Shown here in pieces: positions 26,768 through 36,843 of a stretch of DNA of 56,824 nt. Source of the DNA: a virus (lineage: Duplodnaviria; Caudoviricetes); the IMG/VR virus record IMGVR_UViG_3300023172_000035, positions 1 through 56,824 of that record. One strand, 5' to 3'. A model generated the notes under the pieces. The model saw nothing but the letters and a program-made list of their open reading frames with translations, was not told the DNA's origin and searched no databases. Positions within the stretch are counted from its first letter, which is position 1. The number at the start of each line of letters is the position of its first letter. The position numbers and the translations under genes were made by a program.

Positions 26768-28630
26768 ATGGATATAGTAACGATTGATTTTGAAACCTAT
26801 TACGATAGGGACTACTCTCTATCTAAAATGACTACTGAATCTTACATCAGAGACAAAAGGTTTCAGGTCATAGGCGTAGCAGTCAAGATAAACAATGGTA
26901 AGACCGAATGGTATAGTGGAGATGATGTCGGTAGATTTCTTCACACACTCATGCTATCAGACAAATACCTACTAGCACACCATTCGGCTTTTGATGGTGC
27001 TATTTTATCGTGGCACTATAATATAAAGCCTAAGTTTTGGTTTGACACTATGTCTATGGCTAGACCACTACATAACATGACAATAGGTTGCTCATTAAAT
27101 GCACTGTCATCTTGTTACAAGCTAGGACAAAAAGGAACTGAGGTCATTAATGCATTAGGTAAAAGGTTAGAGGACTTTACTTCGGAAGAACTAAAGCAGT
27201 ATGCAAACTACTGTATTAATGATGTTGAACTTACATATAAATTGTTTAAGGTTTTAGTTAAGGGGTATCCGCAATCAGAACTTAAGGTTATAGACCAAAC
27301 AATTAGAATGTATACCGAGCCTGAGATTGAATTAGATGTTGACTTACTTGGTGATCACCTAACAACTATAAAGGCAAACAAACAGAAACTTGTTGACACG
27401 CTAGCAACCAAGTCTTCTGGATCAGATGTGAAGAAAGTACTCATGTCGAATGTTATGTTTGCTGAGCTTTTGAGAAAGGTCGGAGTCGAGCCACCGACAA
27501 AAGTATCTATAAGAACAGGCGAGCCAACTTTCGCTTTTGCCAAAACCGATAAAGAATTTACAAAGCTTGCTGAACACCCCAAGCAAATCGTACAACAACT
27601 TGTCTCAGCAAGGCTAGGTGTTAAGTCCACTATAGAAGAAACACGAACAGAGAACTTAATAAAGGTTAGTGGGAGAGGTAAGTTACCAATCATGCTTAAT
27701 TATTATGGAGCACACACAGGTCGATTTAGTGGTGGAGATAAGATGAATCTACAGAACTTACCTAGAAATGGAGTGCTGAGAAAATCATTGACAGTACCAC
27801 AGGACAAGATGTTGGTGGCTTGTGACTCATCGCAGATTGAGGCTCGTGTTGTCGCATATATAAGTGGGCAGAAAGATTTAGTCGAGGCTTTCAGGCAAGG
27901 CAGAGATGTATATAGTGAATTTGCTAGTGAAGTTTATGGTAGAAAGATTACCAAACAGGACAAGCTAGAACGATTTGTAGGTAAAACATGCATACTAGGA
28001 CTAGGATATGGTATGGGTGCAGAGAAATTTAAGAATACCTTATCATTAGGACAAGGTGGTATGTCAGTAGACATTGACATTAATGAGGCAAAAAGAATTG
28101 TTAACTTATATAGACAGAAAAACCACAAGATAGTTTCCTTTTGGGGCGTATGTGATTATGCACTGAGAGGAATGCTACACAACAGGGAAGACTCTATATT
28201 AGATAACATGTTGGCGTATGATTCCAAAGGGATTGTACTACCAAATGGACTTCGTATCAGATACCCTATGCTACGAAGAACTAGAGATGGGTTTGAGTAC
28301 ATATCTAATGCAAGAACTTATAGGAAGTTAAAGACTACAGGTAAGATTGAGGATAAGGAATGGACTAAAATCTATGGAGGGAAAGTAACAGAGAACATCG
28401 TGCAAGCTCTTGCAAGAATAGTTATATCAGAACAAATGATAGAACTCAGTAAGTATTATAAAGTTTTATTCCAAGTACATGATGAACTAATTTTGATCAC
28501 AGATGCAGAAAAAGTATCTGAGACACGAGAACACGTTGAGACAATCATGTCAATGCCACCACGCTGGGGTAAGGATTTACCTGTAGCTTGTGAAAGTGGG
28601 GTTGGCTATAACTATGGAGAATGTAAATGA
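26768..28630 (+). CDS. polA: Family A DNA polymerase with 3'-5' exonuclease
   Basis: Exo DFET, YCINDV; HTGRFSG, NLQNLP; motif A DSSQIEAR, motif B RFVGKTCILGLGYG, motif C VHDE. Confidence 0.95.
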   Translation: MDIVTIDFETYYDRDYSLSKMTTESYIRDKRFQVIGVAVKINNGKTEWYSGDDVGRFLHTLMLSDKYLLAHHSAFDGAILSWHYNIKPKFWFDTMSMARPLHNMTIGCSLNALSSCYKLGQKGTEVINALGKRLEDFTSEELKQYANYCINDVELTYKLFKVLVKGYPQSELKVIDQTIRMYTEPEIELDVDLLGDHLTTIKANKQKLVDTLATKSSGSDVKKVLMSNVMFAELLRKVGVEPPTKVSIRTGEPTFAFAKTDKEFTKLAEHPKQIVQQLVSARLGVKSTIEETRTENLIKVSGRGKLPIMLNYYGAHTGRFSGGDKMNLQNLPRNGVLRKSLTVPQDKMLVACDSSQIEARVVAYISGQKDLVEAFRQGRDVYSEFASEVYGRKITKQDKLERFVGKTCILGLGYGMGAEKFKNTLSLGQGGMSVDIDINEAKRIVNLYRQKNHKIVSFWGVCDYALRGMLHNREDSILDNMLAYDSKGIVLPNGLRIRYPMLRRTRDGFEYISNARTYRKLKTTGKIEDKEWTKIYGGKVTENIVQALARIVISEQMIELSKYYKVLFQVHDELILITDAEKVSETREHVETIMSMPPRWGKDLPVACESGVGYNYGECK

Positions 28631-28893
28631 CAGACATAATAGGAACAGATGGAAAAGAAATTAAATCTGAAAGTAAAATGAAGAAAGATAAAGTACTTAA
28701 AGTACTTGAGGAAACACTACTAGTTGCGAAAGAAAGTAAAGAAGTTGAGCAAGTATTCGTACTAGTAAAAATAAAAGGTGTCTATGTAAGACACTCTACA
28801 CAGATAGATGACGTACCTAGTGAACTAGGTAGGATAGATATGCTTAAAAATGATATACTAACTAGAGCAAACTCGAGGGCTCAAAGTGAATGA
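28627..28893 (+). CDS. Hypothetical protein
   Basis: ATGA coupling. Confidence 0.65.
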   Translation: MTDIIGTDGKEIKSESKMKKDKVLKVLEETLLVAKESKEVEQVFVLVKIKGVYVRHSTQIDDVPSELGRIDMLKNDILTRANSRAQSE

Positions 28894-29555
28894 CAAAAGA
28901 ATTAACTCATAGCTATTCATCAATCAAGATGTACGAGCAGTGCCCAAAGAGGTACATGCACCAACGTATAAATAAAGATGTTGTAGATAAAGGTAGTGAC
29001 GCTACTATCTATGGAGAGAGAGTACATAAGCAGTTGGAAGACAGGCTAAGTATCGGTACCCCACTACCTAAAGAGTCAATTAAACATGAACAAGTTTGCA
29101 CAACAATCGAATCACTTACCAAAAAGGCAGACCTTTACCTTGAACAGAAGCTGTGTTTGAATGCTAATCTTACACCAACAGGTTGGTACGAGAGTGACGC
29201 ATGGCTGAGATCCATCCTTGATGTGTTAATCATAAAAGATAACAAGGCTATCGTAATGGATTGGAAGACAGGTAAAAGAAACCCTGACTTTACTCAACTA
29301 GAACTTTTTTCACTACAGGTATTTAAACACTACCCTAAGATAGAAGAAGTTAGAACAAGTTTCATATGGTTAAAGGAAGGTAAGACAGACTCAGAAACTT
29401 TCACACTAAAGGATACTAAGGTTATGTGGGCAGACCTACTATCTAGAATTGAAAGAATCAATCAATCATATGAGTCAGGTAAGTTTCCAGCTAGACCTAG
29501 TGGCTTATGTAGATATTGCCCAGCTCAAAAATTATGTGAGTATGCTCGTATCTAA
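28890..29555 (+). CDS. PD-(D/E)XK exonuclease, Cas4/RecB-like
   Basis: SYSSI..YEQCP, G..VH, LDV...DWKTGK, C-terminal CRYCP...C. Confidence 0.88.
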   Translation: MTKELTHSYSSIKMYEQCPKRYMHQRINKDVVDKGSDATIYGERVHKQLEDRLSIGTPLPKESIKHEQVCTTIESLTKKADLYLEQKLCLNANLTPTGWYESDAWLRSILDVLIIKDNKAIVMDWKTGKRNPDFTQLELFSLQVFKHYPKIEEVRTSFIWLKEGKTDSETFTLKDTKVMWADLLSRIERINQSYESGKFPARPSGLCRYCPAQKLCEYARI

Positions 29556-29587
29556 TACTTGACATACATGTAAATCTATATATTATT

Positions 29588-29923
29588 ATGAGTAATACAC
29601 CTGAGGGTAAGATAAAAAAGAAACTTGACACTATGTTAAAGTCTCTGGATGTGTGGTTTTATAGCCCACAATCAGGCATATATGGTAAGTCAGGGATACC
29701 TGATCGAATCGCTGTAGCAAATGGTAGATTCATAGGTATTGAGTGTAAGGCAAATAAAAGTAGGAAACCTACAGCCTTACAAGTTAGGTGTATGAATGAT
29801 ATTGAGAGAGCTAATGGTAAATGTTTCGTAGTTTATGATGACGATACCATTAATGAAGTGAAAGATTATATAGAGAACGTAGCATATGATAGTAGTAGAA
29901 CAGGCAAAGGCACTAGCACTTAA
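29588..29923 (+). CDS. VRR-NUC nuclease (resolvase-like)
   Basis: TPEGKIK, GIPD, FIGIECKA, PTALQ. Confidence 0.9.
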   Translation: MSNTPEGKIKKKLDTMLKSLDVWFYSPQSGIYGKSGIPDRIAVANGRFIGIECKANKSRKPTALQVRCMNDIERANGKCFVVYDDDTINEVKDYIENVAYDSSRTGKGTST

Positions 29924-31436
29924 ACCTAAATACCCAAACAGAATTTTGGAGACTGTTCCAGAATCCAGACCAATGACGTACAACAACCATGAACTTGTTG
30001 TCACACCGCATACTATAGAGTCGGTTCAAATTTTGAGACAAGTCGGACTCAAAGCACCAAGTCCTATTTTATATTATTATGATTGGTCAGGAGAATTTAC
30101 ACCTTACCACCATCAGAAAATGACATCAGCATTTTTAACTATACATCACAAGGCGTTGGTACTGAATGAAATTGGTACAGGTAAAACTCAATCAGCTCTA
30201 TGGGCAGCCGACTACCTGATGGGACTAGGTAAAATCCGTAAGGTTTTAGTTATCTCACCTTTGTCAACTTTAGAAAGGGTATGGGGTGATGGTATATTTA
30301 AAAGCTTTCCACATAGGCAAGCAGTTACTTTACATGGTACTAGTGCTAAGAGAAAGCAACTTCTTAGAACTGATTCTGATTTCTATATTATAAACCACGA
30401 TGGTTTTGGAATAATCTCAGAAGACATACATGGTATGTTTGATTTAATTATAGTGGATGAGGCAGCCGTATTGAGGAACCCATCTACTAATAGGTTTAAA
30501 TTATTCCGTAGGTTTATGGAGAAGAATAAAAGCACTAGGCTTTGGTTGATGACAGGTACACCTACACCAAACGATCCAACTGACGCTTGGTCTTTAGCTA
30601 AACTTGTTGACAGTCCTTATAACACTAAGACATATACAGCGTTCAAGGAATCAGTAATGATTAAAGTAAGTCAGTGGAAGTGGGTACCAAGAGTAGAATC
30701 TGTAGACATAGTAAAACAAGTACTACACCCTGCAGTTAGGTATACAAGGGATGAGTGTTTTGATTTACCTGAGACAGTATTCCAAACACGTAAAGTCGAA
30801 CTAACACCTGACCAAAAGAAACACCACGACAAGATGTTAAAGAACTTTGTAACTGAACTAGAAGAAGAAGGTACAATCACGGCAGTCAACGAGGCAGTTA
30901 AACTACAGAAACTTGTACAGATAAGTTGTGGTGTTGTTTACGGAGACGATGGTGATCACATTGAGGTAGATTGTACACCAAGAGTTAATGTAGTTAAGGA
31001 AGTAATAGAACAAGTCGATGGTAAAGTAATAGTTTTTGTACCACTTACTGGTACATTAAATATGTTAGAGAGGATTCTCTCAAAACAGTGGAGTGTTGGA
31101 GTAGTTAATGGAGCAGTTTCATCTAAGAAAAGAAACGAAATATTCTATAACTTTCAACATAAAAAAGATCCCCACATTCTTATAGCTCACCCAGCCACTA
31201 TGGCACATGGGCTCACACTTACAGCAGCAAGTACTGTTATATGGTATGGACCTGTGACTAGTAATGAGCAATACATTCAGGCTAATGGAAGAATAGAAAG
31301 GATAGGTAAAAAGCATGTATCAAACATTGTACATATTGAGGCAACTGAGCTTGAGTATAAGATGTATGAGAGGCTTAAGAGTAAACAGAAACTACAAGGT
31401 ATATTGTTAGACTTAATTAAAAAGGAGAGGTCATAA
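29886..31436 (+). CDS. SNF2-family helicase
   Basis: EIGTGKT, IIVDEA, MTGTP, HGLTL, QANGRIERIG. Confidence 0.92.
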   Translation: MIVVEQAKALALKPKYPNRILETVPESRPMTYNNHELVVTPHTIESVQILRQVGLKAPSPILYYYDWSGEFTPYHHQKMTSAFLTIHHKALVLNEIGTGKTQSALWAADYLMGLGKIRKVLVISPLSTLERVWGDGIFKSFPHRQAVTLHGTSAKRKQLLRTDSDFYIINHDGFGIISEDIHGMFDLIIVDEAAVLRNPSTNRFKLFRRFMEKNKSTRLWLMTGTPTPNDPTDAWSLAKLVDSPYNTKTYTAFKESVMIKVSQWKWVPRVESVDIVKQVLHPAVRYTRDECFDLPETVFQTRKVELTPDQKKHHDKMLKNFVTELEEEGTITAVNEAVKLQKLVQISCGVVYGDDGDHIEVDCTPRVNVVKEVIEQVDGKVIVFVPLTGTLNMLERILSKQWSVGVVNGAVSSKKRNEIFYNFQHKKDPHILIAHPATMAHGLTLTAASTVIWYGPVTSNEQYIQANGRIERIGKKHVSNIVHIEATELEYKMYERLKSKQKLQGILLDLIKKERS

Positions 31437-31843
31437 TGCTAACTGTAAATAAAGTTATTGAGGCATACCTTAAACTTAGAAGTCAGAAGGAAGTTATAGA
31501 GTCCGAGGCACAAGAAAAAGTTAAAGGTATAAAAGAACAAATGGCCAAGCTAGAGGCTTGGATTAAGAATAGGGCTGATGAAGAAGGTGTTGATTCCTTT
31601 AAAACAGCTAGAGGTACAGCATTCCTAACCACTACTGACTTTGCACAAGTAGCAGATTGGGATGCAGTCCTCGAGTTTATAAAAGATAATGAGGCTTTTG
31701 ATTTACTAGAGAAAAGAGTTAGTAAAACAGCAGTCCGTGGATACATTGAAGAAGATAAAGTAGTACCATCAGGTATTAACTATGGAACTCGTATCAATGT
31801 TAATGTAAGAAAACCAGCAAATAAAGCGGAAGACAATGAGTAG
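31436..31843 (+). CDS. Conserved phage replication-region protein
   Basis: Coiled coil followed by SFKT..GT...V.DWD...LLEKRVSK...PSGIN. Confidence 0.7.
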   Translation: MLTVNKVIEAYLKLRSQKEVIESEAQEKVKGIKEQMAKLEAWIKNRADEEGVDSFKTARGTAFLTTTDFAQVADWDAVLEFIKDNEAFDLLEKRVSKTAVRGYIEEDKVVPSGINYGTRINVNVRKPANKAEDNE

Positions 31844-32513
31844 GTCAAAGCTTTCTATAAAGAATTCAACTTTTTCCATAATCACTGATGGGGAATGCGA
31901 CAGTCTATCTGATACAAGTTTAGAAGTTGTGTTCGTTGGGGCTAACCCAAACCTATCTAAGATATGGTATGAAAGTGAATGGTCAGGTGATAGAGATTCT
32001 AATACACCTGATTGTTTTTCCCTTGATGGTAAGACACCTAGTAGTAGTAGTGTGTCACCTCAGAACGATATCTGTGCATTATGTCCACGTAATGCATGGG
32101 GTTCTAAGATAACACCTCAAGGATACAAGATTAAAGATTGCTCTGATATAAAAAGAGTAGCCGTTATTCTTGTAGATAAACCAAGGCGTGGTGTGTGTCT
32201 GTTAAATATAACACCATCATCACTTAAGAACTTAAATGCATATCACAAAACACTATCAATGAGGGGTATTGCTCCTGAGATAGCTAAGACTGTACTATCA
32301 TTTGATGAGAGTGTTGACTACCCTAGATTGAAATTTAACTTCGGTGGTTTCTTATCAGAAGATGTTCAGAAATATGTTGATACGTATGTAGGATCTGATG
32401 ATGTGAAGTATGTCACAGGAGAACTTACTATGCCTAGTGGACAATCAGCTACCGCAGAGGACTTTGGTTTCTCTGTTGAGGTAGGTTATGTAACTAATAA
32501 AGAGGAAAAATAA
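31836..32513 (+). CDS. Putative Zn-binding ssDNA-binding/recombination protein
   Basis: PDCFSLDG..P, CALCPRNAWGS, CSD; position. Confidence 0.55.
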   Translation: MSRSKLSIKNSTFSIITDGECDSLSDTSLEVVFVGANPNLSKIWYESEWSGDRDSNTPDCFSLDGKTPSSSSVSPQNDICALCPRNAWGSKITPQGYKIKDCSDIKRVAVILVDKPRRGVCLLNITPSSLKNLNAYHKTLSMRGIAPEIAKTVLSFDESVDYPRLKFNFGGFLSEDVQKYVDTYVGSDDVKYVTGELTMPSGQSATAEDFGFSVEVGYVTNKEEK

Positions 32514-33239
32514 ATGGCTAATAAAACATTTACAACCCCAGTGGGTGTCGCAAATTACCCTTATATAAGTAAACCCGACACTCAATTTGATGCAGAAGGA
32601 GTCTACAAAGTTACTCTTGCTGTACCTGAAGACGAGGCTAAACCTGTAATTGACTTAATCAATGCTGAGTTATTAGCTGGTATCAAAGCACTTAAAGAGT
32701 CAAAACCTAAGACTAAGTTTAAGAATGCTCCACTACCATATGCTAAAGAGTTAGATGATGACGGCAATGAAACAGGTAATGTCTTAATTAAATTTAAATC
32801 TAAAGCAGCATACAAACCATCTGTCTTTGATGCAAAGAATAACCCTATGATTAACCATAATATATGGGGTGGTTCTGAGATTAAAGTTAATGGAGCTATT
32901 GCTTTCTACAGCTCACCATCTATTGGTCAAGGTGTTACTCTAAGACTTAGAGCAGTACAAGTTATCCAATACGTTGAAGGATCTGATGGGGCAAGCAAAT
33001 TTAACTTTGAAGAAGAAGATGGATATGTAGCAACTAGCTCTTCCGAAGAAGAGTCTGAGGCACCAGAACAAGTTGACATAAGTGTGAACGTTCCTGCAGT
33101 CCAGGCGGAGGAAAGCAAACCTGTTGCTAAACCTAAACCAGCTGCTAAACCAGTCCCAATAGAAGAGCCTGAAGATATACCAGTAGTGTCATCAGATGAT
33201 GACCTAGCTGCTGAGATAGCTAAGCTTGTTGGGGAGTAA
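32514..33239 (+). CDS. ssb: T7 gp2.5-like single-stranded DNA-binding protein
   Basis: TTP.G.A.YPYI.KPDT.F...G.YKV.L, IWGGSEIK, GVTLRLRAVQVI, acidic tail. Confidence 0.85.
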   Translation: MANKTFTTPVGVANYPYISKPDTQFDAEGVYKVTLAVPEDEAKPVIDLINAELLAGIKALKESKPKTKFKNAPLPYAKELDDDGNETGNVLIKFKSKAAYKPSVFDAKNNPMINHNIWGGSEIKVNGAIAFYSSPSIGQGVTLRLRAVQVIQYVEGSDGASKFNFEEEDGYVATSSSEEESEAPEQVDISVNVPAVQAEESKPVAKPKPAAKPVPIEEPEDIPVVSSDDDLAAEIAKLVGE

Positions 33240-33242
33240 TAA

Positions 33243-33524
33243 ATGAGTAAGCTACCTCTAGACTTTAAGAAAGTTGAGGCTTTAAGAAAGCATATGTTAC
33301 TTACTACTAGTAATATGGCTACACTCCTAGAGGTATCTCGTATGACTTACTACGGATGGGTTAAAGGTAAGCCTGTCCGTAGAAAGAATGATGAGAGGGT
33401 ACGAGATATGCTAAGGAAACTACTGTCTATAATGGAAGATGGGTGGCCTATGCCTGAAATCATAGCATTAGAACAGAAGTTTAGGTTCGAGAGGCTCCTT
33501 GAGGTTTTAGAGAAAAAGGAATAG
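33243..33524 (+). CDS. XRE/Cro-like HTH protein
   Basis: LRK...T.SNMATLLEVSRMTYYGWVKG. Confidence 0.75.
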   Translation: MSKLPLDFKKVEALRKHMLLTTSNMATLLEVSRMTYYGWVKGKPVRRKNDERVRDMLRKLLSIMEDGWPMPEIIALEQKFRFERLLEVLEKKE

Positions 33525-33610
33525 TATAACAAATGGTGGCTAGTTACGTCTAAAATCCCCAGTCGTTAACCAGCGGGATCTAGTCACCATAACATTAAGG
33601 TAAAGCAAAT

Positions 33611-36460
33611 ATGAATATGTTGGAATTTCTCCAGCAAGTTTTACCAGACGAAGGATTTTATGTAACCACTGTAATTAACCCTGATGGGAGAAGGCAGGGA
33701 TTCTTTAAGTCTGTGGAAGAACTTGCAAAGGTATGTGAAAGATTAGATAAAACAAATAATAATACTTACTTTGCTATATCAGCATTCAAACAAAAGGGTA
33801 ACAGGAAACAAGATAATGTAAGGGCTACCAAAGTCGTAGCTATAGATATAGATTGTGGTGGTAACAAACCATACCCATCATGGAAAGAAGGCTTAGTAGA
33901 ATTAGGTAAGTTTGTATCAGAATTAAAATTACCAAAACCTATGATAGTACATTCAGGTAATGGACTACATGTGTATTGGATATTAGATGAAGAACTACCA
34001 CCCGAGCAGTGGAAACCTCTAGCTGAGGCAATGAAACAAGCTGCGATACAAAAAGAATTTAAGATAGACGCTGGTCTTACAGCAAATAGTGCATTGGTAT
34101 TAAGACCTGTGGGCACTCACAACCCAAAGAATGGTAATGAAGTTAAAGTATTAGTAGAGTCTGAGCCAATAACTGTTGAAACTCTAACTAAATGTTTGTC
34201 GTATTACTATTACCCGGCAGCTGCAAACGAAAGTCAGACACAGGACAACTCGTTGTTAGATAACTTAGCTACTAAAAATGAGTACCAACCAGCAGTGGGT
34301 TCTATTGTAGCTAAAAAATGTAAGCAGATAGAGTGGGCTATAGACAATCAGGATAAGGTAGATGAGCCTCTTTGGTATAGCTTGATAGGGGTAGCAGCTT
34401 TTTGTCAAGACCCTGAAACAACAGCTATAGAATGGTCTAAAGGGCATTCAGGATATAGCGAGAGGTCTACATTACAGAAGTTAAACCAATGGAAAGAGTC
34501 TGCATCAGGTCCAACTACATGTAGTAAGTTTGAATCTAGTAGGCCTACAGGGTGTAAAGGGTGTAAGTATAGGGGTAAGATAGGCTCACCAGCTAGACTT
34601 GGTGTGCAATACCAAGAGTCTCCTATAATAAACGAGGCTCCTGATAAGGTAGCTAATTCTGTACCTATGCCTAAACCATTTAAAAGAACTAAAGATGGTA
34701 TCAAAGTAACAATTGATGATACCGATATTGATATATGTAAGTTTGATATATACCCAGTGGGGTATGGGTTTGATGAGTCATTAGGGTATGAAACAGTTAG
34801 GTTTCATTGGAACAGACCACATATGGGGTGGCAAGAACTATGTCTAAGACAAGCACATTTAACTGATGGTAACAGGGAATTCCCTACTGCCATAGCAGAT
34901 CAAGGTATTGTACTTTACAATAAGAAACAAACGGAGTATTTTCAACTTATGCTAAGAACTTACATGGAAGAGTTAAAACAGATTAGAACTATGACTAACC
35001 TTTATGCAACTATGGGTTGGAAAGAAGATAATACATCTTTCTTATTAGGTAATACATTAATTAAACGTAAACCTGATGGCTCTGTAATAGAGGAAAACAT
35101 AAGTCTAGCATCTGTAATACAAAGACAAGGTGGAGATTTATATAGTACTAAAGGCTCTTTAGAACAATGGGTAAACCTCACATCAATTATGGAGAAAGCA
35201 CATTTAAAATCTCACATGTTTGCATTAGGTGTAGGATTCTCAGCCCCACTATATAATTTTACAGGGTTAAAAGGATTGACAATATCTTTGTATGGACCAA
35301 CAGGTGGTGGTAAAACACTAGCACAATATTGGGCACAGTCTATATATGGTGATCCTGAGAAGTTACACTTCGCTGCTAAGTATACTCAGATGGCTTTGTT
35401 CTCACGTCTTGGTACGTATGCTAACTTACCACTAACAATAGATGAAGTAACTATGATGAGTGATAAAGAGGTAGGAGACTTTTGTTATTGGGTATCACAA
35501 GGGCGTGATAAAGCAAGACTTAATAGGAATGCTGAAGAAAGAGATGCTAAGAAATGGGCAACACCAGTACTAGTATCTACCAACAAATCTCTACAAAGTA
35601 AACTTATAGCATCTGGTCTTGATACTGATGCACAGATGGCAAGGTTACTAGAACTTACTGTACCACAGGCTGATGTATTTATAAGAAACAGTGACGTTGG
35701 TAAGAAGATTTATCAAGCTATACATACTAACTATGGTTATGCTGGTAAACAATTTATAAAGAATTTAGTAGAGATGGGGCAAGAAGGTATACAGTCAGCT
35801 ATAGCTGAGGCATCAGATAATTTTAATAAAAAATATAGATGTAGTTTTGGCGGTCAAGAAAGGTATTGGGAGCAATCTATTATTCTTGCTGACTTATCTA
35901 TGAGTCTTGCAAAAGATTGGGGCTTAATAGAATACGATTATGAACAGTCTACTGAGTGGGTGTTAGCACAGATAGGTGCAATACGTAGGTCAGTACAAGA
36001 GAATCAAGTAGATGCATTTGATCTTGTTGCAGAGTACATGGCAGATGCAGCAGATACATCAGTTACAATCATGCATACAACAGGACAGAAAGCACAACCT
36101 GATTTTTCTAGAATACCAAGAGGTGATATAAGAATAAGGCTTGATGTATTTAGAAGGTCAGCAGCAGATGCATTTGATAAAGGAACTATGATGATTGATA
36201 GGACTCACTTTAGAAAATGGTTATCTATGCGTGGTGCTGACTATAAGACATTCAAACAAGAACTTATTGCAGAGAATGCTATTGCTACACCTAAGTCAGA
36301 GAAAGCGTCACTAGGTAAAGATACTCCTGTGAAACTAGCACAGACTTATGTAATAGGATTTAATTTAACACACCCAAGATTCCAGAGTTTACTTGACAAT
36401 GCAGATGTAGAGGCAGATGATTTATCATATGGTCAACTACAAGCATTAAATAATGAATAA
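33611..36460 (+). CDS. Primase-helicase (RepB/AEP-like primase, PriCT-like domain, DUF927 helicase)
   Basis: AIDID, VHSGNGLHVYW, LRPVGTHN, EPLWY...WS, C..C, Walker A GPTGGGKT, IDE. Confidence 0.88.
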   Translation: MNMLEFLQQVLPDEGFYVTTVINPDGRRQGFFKSVEELAKVCERLDKTNNNTYFAISAFKQKGNRKQDNVRATKVVAIDIDCGGNKPYPSWKEGLVELGKFVSELKLPKPMIVHSGNGLHVYWILDEELPPEQWKPLAEAMKQAAIQKEFKIDAGLTANSALVLRPVGTHNPKNGNEVKVLVESEPITVETLTKCLSYYYYPAAANESQTQDNSLLDNLATKNEYQPAVGSIVAKKCKQIEWAIDNQDKVDEPLWYSLIGVAAFCQDPETTAIEWSKGHSGYSERSTLQKLNQWKESASGPTTCSKFESSRPTGCKGCKYRGKIGSPARLGVQYQESPIINEAPDKVANSVPMPKPFKRTKDGIKVTIDDTDIDICKFDIYPVGYGFDESLGYETVRFHWNRPHMGWQELCLRQAHLTDGNREFPTAIADQGIVLYNKKQTEYFQLMLRTYMEELKQIRTMTNLYATMGWKEDNTSFLLGNTLIKRKPDGSVIEENISLASVIQRQGGDLYSTKGSLEQWVNLTSIMEKAHLKSHMFALGVGFSAPLYNFTGLKGLTISLYGPTGGGKTLAQYWAQSIYGDPEKLHFAAKYTQMALFSRLGTYANLPLTIDEVTMMSDKEVGDFCYWVSQGRDKARLNRNAEERDAKKWATPVLVSTNKSLQSKLIASGLDTDAQMARLLELTVPQADVFIRNSDVGKKIYQAIHTNYGYAGKQFIKNLVEMGQEGIQSAIAEASDNFNKKYRCSFGGQERYWEQSIILADLSMSLAKDWGLIEYDYEQSTEWVLAQIGAIRRSVQENQVDAFDLVAEYMADAADTSVTIMHTTGQKAQPDFSRIPRGDIRIRLDVFRRSAADAFDKGTMMIDRTHFRKWLSMRGADYKTFKQELIAENAIATPKSEKASLGKDTPVKLAQTYVIGFNLTHPRFQSLLDNADVEADDLSYGQLQALNNE

Positions 36461-36602
36461 TGAAATAATCCTTATAGGTTTTATCCTGTCACTGGTACTA
36501 TTATTTCCACACAGGATAAAAACTTTCTTCTTAAAACCCACACTTTCTATAGTGGAGTTCATTTTAGTTATACTTATTTTACTTTACATAACAAGTATTT
36601 AG
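36453..36602 (+). CDS. Small two-TM membrane protein (49 aa, not in ORF track)
   Basis: MNNEIILIGFILSLVLLFPHRIKTFFLKPTLSIVEFILVILILLYITSI; overlaps the primase stop. Confidence 0.5.
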   Translation: MNNEIILIGFILSLVLLFPHRIKTFFLKPTLSIVEFILVILILLYITSI

Positions 36603-36620
36603 TGTTAAGTATTAAGTATT

Positions 36621-36830
36621 ATGTGTAACAACATACCATATACTTCTAAAGAGATGGAGTTTATTCATGCCATCTTTATCATAGATCCCAATGCAAAATT
36701 TAAAGTTGTTTCTAGGTTAGAGACTAGAGATGACTACAAATATGGAGCTATAGAATGGGAAGATGGGTACATGCCTATACCATATGAACATGTAGCTGAA
36801 GTTATAAATGAAAATATAAGGGCTAAATAA
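36621..36830 (+). CDS. Hypothetical protein
   Basis: 69-aa ORF in the operon. Confidence 0.55.
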   Translation: MCNNIPYTSKEMEFIHAIFIIDPNAKFKVVSRLETRDDYKYGAIEWEDGYMPIPYEHVAEVINENIRAK

Positions 36831-36843
36831 CCAAGGAGAGGAC

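Noticed and set aside
28890-29555. CRISPR-Cas4 system
   Set aside because: Solo Cas4-like nuclease in a normal replication module; no repeat-spacer array seen
29559-29586. TTGACA-N16-TATTAT promoter before VRR-NUC
   Set aside because: The predicted start would fall inside the gene's first codons; it may serve downstream genes but is not supportable
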